Shown one piece after another: positions 25,415 to 31,521 of a stretch of DNA of 32,000 nt. The notes below the pieces were generated by a model. It ran no database searches and was not told the DNA's origin. It saw only the letters and a list, made by a program, of their open reading frames with translations. A program made the position numbers and the translations under genes. Source of the stretch: Opitutales bacterium (GTDB lineage: Bacteria; Verrucomicrobiota; Verrucomicrobiia; Opitutales; PNEW01); the NCBI GenBank assembly GCA_965219535.1, contig CBDCNV010000002.1:720001-752000 (forward strand), given 5' to 3'. Numbering within the stretch: the first letter of the stretch is position 1; every line of letters begins with the position of its first letter.

Positions 25415-25588
25415 TTTTTTTGCGGGTTGGTTAGTCATCTTAACTAACCATTTTTTAATTATTGGTGAGGACTATAGTTGCCAAATATTCTGCTTTTTTT
25501 GGCAACTGCCCCTGGAACCCGCATAGATAAAGGGGAACCTCTGCGTCCCGAACGCAGCGCTCTACCAGGCTGAGCTACACCCCGTTGT
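25415..25588 (-). other. tRNA-Pro-headed, A-tailed repeat element, copy A, in the 5' leader of P1
   Basis: Minus strand: tRNA-like head 25584->25536, T-arm-like GCGGGTTCC (25522->25514), hairpin 1 (25477-25506), hairpin 2 (25429-25449), tail CCCGCAAAAAAA (A7 = 25415-25421). The 10-bp direct repeat TACCCAATAA flanks it at 25589-25598 and 25405-25414. Confidence 0.7.
25536..25584 (-). pseudogene. tRNA-Pro(CGG)-like 5' fragment (not a functional tRNA)
   Basis: CGGGGTG TA GCTC AGCCTGGTA GAGC G CTGCG TTCGGGA CGCAG AGGTT. The acceptor 5' strand, D arm and anticodon arm are intact. No T-stem 3' strand and no acceptor 3' strand follow. Confidence 0.8.
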
Positions 25589-25686
25589 TTATTGGGTAAT
25601 TCTTATATTACTTTTTACGGTATTAACGAAAGCTAAATATTTTTAAGGGGTGTTGGTATAATTCATTGATTGTCGTTAACTATAGC

Positions 25687-25717
25687 GGCCATGACGAAGC
25701 ATGGCCCTCCATTTTTT
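25687..25717 (+). terminator. Terminator-like hairpin GGCCATG-ACGAAG-CATGGCC followed by T6 on the plus strand
   Basis: 7-bp stem at 25687-25706 and T-run at 25712-25717. The orientation fits plus-strand transcription, although all neighbouring genes are on the minus strand. Confidence 0.3.
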
Positions 25718-25778
25718 ATTTCCACCATATGCTTAACGCTTAAAACCTAAAACTTAATACTAACACTTCTCAAAGAGA

Positions 25779-28010
25779 TCACTCAATAGTGATCTCTTCG
25801 GTTACAACTTCGATCGCATCGCCATCTTCATTGGCGAAGGTGGCATCGATGCTCAGTGTCGGTTGAGGGGTGTTGTCCGATTTGAAGTTGTTCTGCGTGA
25901 TCAGGGTATCAAATCCGGTTGTTGTCGATCCACTCTCCGCGACGACAACTGCGGCACCGTTTGTCTGCAAGAGGTCGCCACCCGTGATCCGCAACCCGGG
26001 GTTGCCGGCTGGTACTGTGAAGGAGCCTGAGCCAAAGAGTATGTGCGGTACTGCATCGCCACTGGCATCGATGTCGCCAATAGTTAAACGTACGCCGATC
26101 GGTATTCCCCGCGCGTCGATACCGGTCTTGCCGGTACTTCCACTGAACGCGGTGTTCGACAGTTGTATGCCGCCCATGCCCGTGGAATTTACAATCTCAA
26201 CTAATGTAACGTCAGCCTGTGCATCATAAACCTGTCCCTCGGGGAAGAGGGTCTGATTAAACGCATTGATCCTACCCACGGTGAAGATACTGAAGAAGGT
26301 ATTGACGTCCGCTCCGTCGATCACGACGCTCGGTTTGCCCGTCACGTACTCGACGGCCTGGTTGTAGCGTGGGGGGATGGCCGGGGGCAGGAAGGTGGCC
26401 GGATCGAGGGTTACGGTAAAGGTACCATTACCTGAAAATTCTACCTGCACGATGTCCTCGGTTTCATCCATAAAGGAGACGCGAGTAATCTGATTTGGTC
26501 TCGCCTGTAACTGGATAGTTTCTCCGGTGAGTAAAATCTGGTCGAAGACATTACCGTTGGCATGTTGTATGTTTTCACCGGCGATATCGCCCGAGCCGTC
26601 GAGGACGAGGGGTACGGAGGGTGCTGCTACTGTGATTACCGCGGTTTCACTGTTCGCGGTGCCGCCCGTGTTAGTAATCTGTACCCAGAAGCTCGTGCTC
26701 ACTGAGAGAGCACCCGTGTCTAAAGTCCCAGCAGTCGCGCCCGCGACGGGACTGGCTGTGTCACCGCTGTTGCCGGTATACCACTGGTAAGTGAGATCAT
26801 CTCCACTGGCGACAACAGACAGGTTGGCCGAAGCGCCGGACTGCACTTCCTGGCTCGCGGGCTGTGTGGTAATCGCCGGTGCATCTGCGGGAGGGGGACC
26901 CTCGGAGCTGGTGCCCGGGGCGCCAATGGGGGTAAAACCGAAAGTGTCGAAAACCGTCCGGCTTCTCGCTACATTTACATTGGGATTGTCTTTAACAACC
27001 AGTCTGCTAATACCCCCCGGAGCACTCAATTCTGCCGCATTGATCGTTAAAAAAGGGGGTTTGTTAATAAATCTTAGAGGACTATCACCAGTAGTTCCAC
27101 CACTAGAAAAATCCGTAAAAGTAGCAATAAGGTTATCATCAGTATCATATACTTCAATCGAGCCATCGGAGTCTGTAGTGGCTCCCGAAATAACCGCGGC
27201 AGCATAAGTATCCACTTCATAAGCCGGGGTTTCAAAGGTGACTTCGAATGAATCACCATTAACTTGAATCCCATAGGATACACCTCCCGAGTGAGTCGGA
27301 TTTCCTGCTGCTCCGGCCATAATCTGACCGCCATCAAAGGAAGCAGTAAAGGGCGATGTCCCAATAACAAGAGGTTCGAACTGTCCTGAACCTACACCGA
27401 ATTCCTCAAAATATGTCAAGACCGTATTATTGGATGGTTTGGCCGTGAGGGTGAAGCCCAGATCGTCGAGGGAAAATTTACCTGTAACATTCTTGATCTT
27501 TATTTCTCTGATGCCATCGAGAAAGTCAAAATCCGTGTTATCGATAAAACTACCACTATCTGCAATACCACTCTGTAATGGGGGATTTGCACCGGGGCTG
27601 ATATTATTCGGCAGACCATCGATCACACCATTATCGGCGAGAATGAGTTCTATACTCAGAATCGTTGAGAAATTTCCTCGGTACTCGATTCTGCCGGCTC
27701 CCGTACTCTCGGCCGCATAGAATTGGATTTCATCAAGCCCTCTATCCGATACAATTACCCCCTCCTTACCAGGCCCGAGGGTTATCGCTTTTGTTCCCGA
27801 GTGTAAGAGCGCAGGATCCTCCAGAGTTTCCACCGTGAATCCGACTAACTTGACCCTGTTGGGTTCTTCCCCAATGAAAAATTCGCCTTCCCCGCTGATG
27901 TCCTCGAAATCGGTGAACACCTCGAGGTCTTGAGGAAGGGCCGATAGATGCACCGGTAAATAGAGCAAAAGAATCAGAAGCGGAATTATTTTTATAGGTT
28001 TTCTTTTCAT
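25779..28010 (-). CDS. Large secreted protein of unknown function, paralog P2
   Basis: The ORF track starts at 28052. By homology with P1 (identical MKRKPIKIIPLLILLLYL and a conserved upstream leader) the real start is the ATG at 28010, giving 743 aa. Confidence 0.85.
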   Translation of the reverse strand: MKRKPIKIIPLLILLLYLPVHLSALPQDLEVFTDFEDISGEGEFFIGEEPNRVKLVGFTVETLEDPALLHSGTKAITLGPGKEGVIVSDRGLDEIQFYAAESTGAGRIEYRGNFSTILSIELILADNGVIDGLPNNISPGANPPLQSGIADSGSFIDNTDFDFLDGIREIKIKNVTGKFSLDDLGFTLTAKPSNNTVLTYFEEFGVGSGQFEPLVIGTSPFTASFDGGQIMAGAAGNPTHSGGVSYGIQVNGDSFEVTFETPAYEVDTYAAAVISGATTDSDGSIEVYDTDDNLIATFTDFSSGGTTGDSPLRFINKPPFLTINAAELSAPGGISRLVVKDNPNVNVARSRTVFDTFGFTPIGAPGTSSEGPPPADAPAITTQPASQEVQSGASANLSVVASGDDLTYQWYTGNSGDTASPVAGATAGTLDTGALSVSTSFWVQITNTGGTANSETAVITVAAPSVPLVLDGSGDIAGENIQHANGNVFDQILLTGETIQLQARPNQITRVSFMDETEDIVQVEFSGNGTFTVTLDPATFLPPAIPPRYNQAVEYVTGKPSVVIDGADVNTFFSIFTVGRINAFNQTLFPEGQVYDAQADVTLVEIVNSTGMGGIQLSNTAFSGSTGKTGIDARGIPIGVRLTIGDIDASGDAVPHILFGSGSFTVPAGNPGLRITGGDLLQTNGAAVVVAESGSTTTGFDTLITQNNFKSDNTPQPTLSIDATFANEDGDAIEVVTEEITIE

Positions 28011-28073
28011 GCGGTTATAACGATTGTAGCAATGTCCAAAAAATCGGCGCAAGGACTAAATGCTTATTGGGTA

Positions 28074-28248
28074 TTTTTTTGCGGGTTGGATAGTCATCTT
28101 AAATAACTATTTTTTAATTATAGGCAAGGGTTACAGTTGCCAAATATTCTGTTATTTTTGGCAACCGGACCCGAAACCCGCATAGGTAAAGGGCGACCTC
28201 TGCGTCCCGAACGCAGCGCTCTACCAGGCTGAGCTACACCCCGTCAAT
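28074..28248 (-). other. tRNA-Pro-headed, A-tailed repeat element, copy B, in the 5' leader of P2
   Basis: Head 28243->28195 is identical to copy A through the anticodon arm (anticodon CGG). The hairpins are conserved. A7 tail at 28074-28080. Flanking repeats at 28249-28258 (TACCCCATAA) and 28064-28073 (TACCCAATAA). Confidence 0.7.
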
Positions 28249-28340
28249 TTATGGGGTAATACTTATATTACTTTTTAAAGCGTCAACGAAAGCTAAATAT
28301 TTAGCGTATGATGGTATCATCTAAAGAAGGACTATAAAGA

Positions 28341-28414
28341 GTGGAAGACACGGTTCCTAGCGTGTTTGAGAATGTCGTAATTGAAGAAGCGTGCTAGGGA
28401 CAGCCCGCTCCACC
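28341..28414. repeat. Double-hairpin REP/BIME-like element, copy R4 (left half degenerate)
   Basis: GTGGAAGACACGGTTCCTAGCGTG...GAAGAAGCGTGCTAGGGACAGCCCGCTCCACC, followed by heptads TTAACAC TTAAAAC CTAACAC (28415-28435). Confidence 0.65.
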
Positions 28415-28447
28415 TTAACACTTAAAACCTAACACTTCTCGAAGAGA

Positions 28448-28535
28448 TCTCTCAATAGTAATCTCTTCGGGAATAACATCGATCGCATCGCCATCTTCAT
28501 TGGCGAAGGTTGCATCGATACTCAATGCTGCAAAA
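28448..28535 (-). pseudogene. 3' remnant of a third paralog (P3); stop codon mutated, body deleted at the MITE junction
   Basis: Homologous to the last ~85 nt of P1/P2 and reads ...AALSIDATFANEDGDAIDVIPEEITIE. TCA (stop) is changed to TCT at 28448-28450. Homology ends at 28535, where the MITE begins. Confidence 0.75.
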
Positions 28536-28652
28536 GTGGTCAAACGTAGAATTTAAATATCGAGAGCGTGAGAAGTTAATCAATCAGAATAAATAGTTGT
28601 CTTCGATATCAAAGGAAACAGAAAATTACATTTAAATTCTACGTTTGACCCC
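28536..28652. mobile_element. MITE-like element, copy 2 (inverted ends GTGGTCAAACGTAGAATTTAAAT / ATTTAAATTCTACGTTTGACCCC)
   Basis: Ends at 28536-28558 and 28630-28652 match copy 1 (7637-7772). The internal ~70 bp is not obviously related to copy 1. Confidence 0.65.
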
Positions 28653-28690
28653 TTTTGACTTCCACAGTAACCTGTATTTTAAGCTAAGAA

Positions 28691-29563
28691 ATGAATTCGA
28701 ACCACATACATAAAGTTTTAAGCGGGGGTTGCCTATGCGGCCATGTGCGTTACGAATACGCAGGTGAACCAGAAGGTGCAAATTATTGCCATTGTTCTAC
28801 CTGTAGGAGAATGACGGGTAGTGCCTTCAACGTTGGCATACGTGGTCAAGCAAACTTGCTGAATATCATATCAGGCAAAGTTAAGGGATACACGAGGAAG
28901 GCAGACGATGGTAATGAGATTACTCGCGAGTTTTGTCCGGAATGTGGATCGCCTCTGTTTACAAGGTTACCTTCAAATCCACAGTTTATATTCATAAAGG
29001 CAGGAAGTCTCGATGACTCGACTTGTGTGAAACCATCATATCAGATGTGGACTGAAGAAGCAGTCCCTTGGGCTCATATTGATGAGAATATTACAAGCTA
29101 CCCACAAACCCCGACACCGCCTAGTGATGACATAGCACCGCCTAGTGATGAGATAACACCACCTGTTGATGAGATAACACCGCTTGTTGATGAGATAACA
29201 CCGCCTGCTGATGAGATAACACCGCCAATTACAATACTCAAAAAGCAAGCAGAAATTTTAGAAACTCAGACAAAAGGAACCCTTAAAGGATTAGTTTGGC
29301 ACTTCGTAAATGTAAATAAAATCTCTATCAGACTTGATATCTTAGCACAGAATTTAGACGACTATAGTATGACCGTGCTCCGTATAGAACAGCCACTTAA
29401 TATTTATCCTCTAAGAATATTTAACGAAATAACAAATGAAGAACATAAAGTCGAAAATGAAGAGGAATTTATTAGCACTCTTCGATCCATTTTATCATCG
29501 AATGATGTTAAACGAGAAATCAAAGTAATTTTTTCTCAAAGTAAAAATAAAATAACATTTTGA
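28691..29563 (+). CDS. GFA-family (CENP-V/glutathione-dependent formaldehyde-activating-like) zinc domain fused to a heptapeptide-repeat linker and an unknown C-terminal domain
   Basis: 290-aa ORF. The Cys pattern CLCGHVRY...CHCSTCRRMTGSAF...CPECGSPLF is typical of GFA. Then come PPSDDIA PPSDEIT PPVDEIT PLVDEIT PPADEIT and a ~105-aa AT-rich-encoded tail. Confidence 0.75.
   Translation: MNSNHIHKVLSGGCLCGHVRYEYAGEPEGANYCHCSTCRRMTGSAFNVGIRGQANLLNIISGKVKGYTRKADDGNEITREFCPECGSPLFTRLPSNPQFIFIKAGSLDDSTCVKPSYQMWTEEAVPWAHIDENITSYPQTPTPPSDDIAPPSDEITPPVDEITPLVDEITPPADEITPPITILKKQAEILETQTKGTLKGLVWHFVNVNKISIRLDILAQNLDDYSMTVLRIEQPLNIYPLRIFNEITNEEHKVENEEEFISTLRSILSSNDVKREIKVIFSQSKNKITF
29117..29227 (+). 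repeat. 21-bp tandem repeat, ~5.3 copies (CCGCCTAGTGATGAGATAACA consensus), in-frame within 28691..29563
   Basis: Units at 29117, 29138, 29159, 29180 and 29201, plus a partial unit at 29222. Confidence 0.9.
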
Positions 29564-29597
29564 TCTCAGCAATATCGCGAGTAGTTGAAAATTAAAA

Positions 29598-29707
29598 ATA
29601 GTTACCAAATATTCTGCTTTTTTTACAACTGCCCCTGGAATCTGCATAGATAAAGGGGAAACTCTGCGTCCCAAACGCAGCGCTCTACCAGGTTGAGCTA
29701 CACCCCG
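29598..29707 (-). other. tRNA-Pro-headed element, copy C (partial: head + hairpin 1 only; anticodon TGG)
   Basis: Head 29707->29659: CGGGGTGTAGCTCAACCTGGTAGAGCGCTGCGTTTGGGACGCAGAGTTT. Homology to A/B begins exactly at the tRNA-like 5' end and stops after a degenerate hairpin 1. The upstream flank is unrelated to A/B. Confidence 0.65.
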
Positions 29708-29793
29708 AAAGGTTTTTATAATCAATTAAGTATTTGTAGAATAGTACCTACGTGCTTTATATTTTTTTATTATAGTATCAAATAATGTCAGAG

Positions 29794-29822
29794 GTTGCCA
29801 GATAAACTCCATTCATGGCAAC
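29794..29822 (-). terminator. Hairpin GTTGCCA-N15-TGGCAAC just 3' of the cupin gene stop
   Basis: 7-bp stem, 8 nt downstream of the stop at 29830. The downstream T-tract is weak. The stem sequence resembles hairpin 1 of the tRNA-headed element. Confidence 0.3.
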
Positions 29823-29829
29823 TGGAATA

Positions 29830-30141
29830 TCACGCTTCCAGCGTGACCACGAAAAGCTCCAAGCCTTCCTTTCCAGCTTTCAACCTGAACGATGAACCAT
29901 GGGGAAAAGTCATGGTCGTTGCATGGTGCATATTGAATTCTCGGTCGCCGACAACTACAGTACCGGATCCCGATTGCACGAAATACGACTCTTCGATCCC
30001 CTCCATCGTCCGGTCCAGCTTCTGGCCGGGCTCGAAGCTCTCAAGGCGAATCGAACGCCACGCTCCAGTGAAATACTGTTTGGGATCGATCGATCTCTCC
30101 TGACTCAGATGAATGAGGGTGCATTTCGCCTTGTCAGTCAT
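29830..30141 (-). CDS. Cupin domain protein
   Basis: 103-aa ORF. ESYFVQSGSGTVVVGDREF...FPHGSSFRLKAG resembles the two cupin motifs. Confidence 0.6.
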   Translation of the reverse strand: MTDKAKCTLIHLSQERSIDPKQYFTGAWRSIRLESFEPGQKLDRTMEGIEESYFVQSGSGTVVVGDREFNMHHATTMTFPHGSSFRLKAGKEGLELFVVTLEA

Positions 30142-30145
30142 ATGA

Positions 30146-30556
30146 TCAACCCTCGACTTCGGTGGGTTTTTGAGTAGGCAGAACCTCGGAAACGGACGGA
30201 GGGAACACCTCGATGACCAACACTTCCAGAGGGCCGTCGCCGATGTTCTTCATGCCGTGCCGGCCGTATTGTGGGGTGATGAGCAGATCACCTGTCCTCA
30301 TCTCTCGAACTTGATCGCCATCAACAGAAGCCTCACCCTGACCGAAGGCCACAAACCAGATCTCCTCGGTGCGTGACTGGATGTGGTCGGCCGACGCGGC
30401 GCCGGGTTCGAATCGATTAAAATCCACTGATTGCCAGTTTCCAAAGAGGTGTTCACCGACCACCATCCGCTTCCATTGGATTAAGCCAACTCCTCCGTGC
30501 ATACCGTAAACCTCGGTAAAGCCATCGGGTTGAGACACAATCACAGCATCCTTCAT
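30146..30556 (-). CDS. Cupin domain protein
   Basis: 136-aa ORF. ADHIQSRTEEIWFVAFGQGEASVDG and GDLLITPQYGRHGMKNIG match the cupin motifs. It is 4 nt from the downstream cupin gene, so the two are probably co-transcribed. Confidence 0.7.
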   Translation of the reverse strand: MKDAVIVSQPDGFTEVYGMHGGVGLIQWKRMVVGEHLFGNWQSVDFNRFEPGAASADHIQSRTEEIWFVAFGQGEASVDGDQVREMRTGDLLITPQYGRHGMKNIGDGPLEVLVIEVFPPSVSEVLPTQKPTEVEG

Positions 30557-30724
30557 TGATCTCCTCCTTTAATGAGCATGAATTCTTGCGCCTCAAATGA
30601 TTTTAAATCATTTTCAGTAACACTAAACATAATAACGTTTTTTATTCTTCAAAGAAGAACGAGTCAATAAATTCATTGAATTGTGATAGAATAGAGAAGA
30701 CTGTTTAAAGCTGATGACTGAAAA

Positions 30725-31474
30725 ATGAAAAATAAAGTAGCTCTCGTGACCGGTGGTGGATCCGGTATTGGCCGTGCTACGGCTCTCGCTTTTGCGCGTG
30801 AAAGGGCCGAAGTTGTCATTGCAGATGTCGATGATGAGAATGGAAATAAAACCGCACGCTTAATTGAAGAAACGGGTGGTAAAGCGGTATTTATTAGTTG
30901 TGATGTATCAAAAGCATCTGAAGTGGAAGCTCTGATCAAGCAAAGTGTGGAAAAATTCGGACACTTGGATTGGGCTTTTAACAATGCCGGTATTCTCGGT
31001 GAGATGGCTACAACCGCAGATTGTAAAGAAGACAACTTTGATCGTATCATAAATACCAACCTCAAAGGTGTATGGTTGTGCATGAAATATGAAATACCGC
31101 AAATGGTTAAGCAGGGTGGTGGGGTGATTGTTAACACCGCATCCAACGCCGCCGTTCGCGGGGTTCCGGAATTACCGGCTTATAGCGCATCGAAAGGTGG
31201 GGTCTTGCAGTTAACACGTACAGCTGCAGTAGAATCTGCATCTTCAGGTATTCGGGTAAACGCTATCAATCCCGGTCTCATATCCACCCCCATGGTAGAT
31301 CGCCAAGTGGAGAGCAATCCGGAGGCGGTAGAAGGATTTATTAAGGAGCATCCAGTGGGTAGAATAGGCGAACCGGAAGAAATTGCTGAAGCAGTGTTGT
31401 GGCTTTGTTCGGATGCAGCATCTTTCGTTACCGGTCATATCATGGCAGTCGACGGCGGCATTTCCGCCAAATAG
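30725..31474 (+). CDS. Short-chain dehydrogenase/reductase (classical SDR)
   Basis: 249-aa ORF with TGGGSGIGRA, NNAG and YSASK (YxxxK) motifs. Confidence 0.9.
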   Translation: MKNKVALVTGGGSGIGRATALAFARERAEVVIADVDDENGNKTARLIEETGGKAVFISCDVSKASEVEALIKQSVEKFGHLDWAFNNAGILGEMATTADCKEDNFDRIINTNLKGVWLCMKYEIPQMVKQGGGVIVNTASNAAVRGVPELPAYSASKGGVLQLTRTAAVESASSGIRVNAINPGLISTPMVDRQVESNPEAVEGFIKEHPVGRIGEPEEIAEAVLWLCSDAASFVTGHIMAVDGGISAK

Positions 31475-31521
31475 GTCCTGATAATTACATTTAAAATTCG
31501 AAAGAATTAAAGAGTAAAACA

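Noticed and set aside
25536-25584. Functional tRNA-Pro genes at 25536-25584, 28195-28243 and 29659-29707
   Set aside because: Only the acceptor 5' strand, D arm and anticodon arm are present. No sequence downstream can pair with CGGGGTG, and the T arm is broken by an insertion and lacks its 3' strand. They are reported as tRNA-like fragments, not tRNA genes.
28011-28052. Longer start for P2 at 28052 (MRRFFGHCYNRYNRMKRK...), as given by the ORF track
   Set aside because: P1 starts at the homologous MKRKPIKII codon, and the sequence upstream is conserved as non-coding leader in both copies. The extension adds no signal-peptide features.
28448-28535. Diversity-generating retroelement logic, with the short 3' copies at 28448-28535 and 20572-20620 as template repeats and the P1/P2 gene ends as variable repeats with a downstream hairpin
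   Set aside because: Differences between the copies are not confined to adenine positions. The shared stretch is under 90 nt and lies in the most conserved part of the proteins, not a variable part. No reverse transcriptase or accessory gene is in the window.
29036-29248. Minus-strand ORF 29036..29248 with a striking RCYLI-type peptide repeat
   Set aside because: It is the reverse-strand reading of the 21-bp tandem repeat that sits in frame in the plus-strand GFA-domain gene, so it is an artefact of the repeat.
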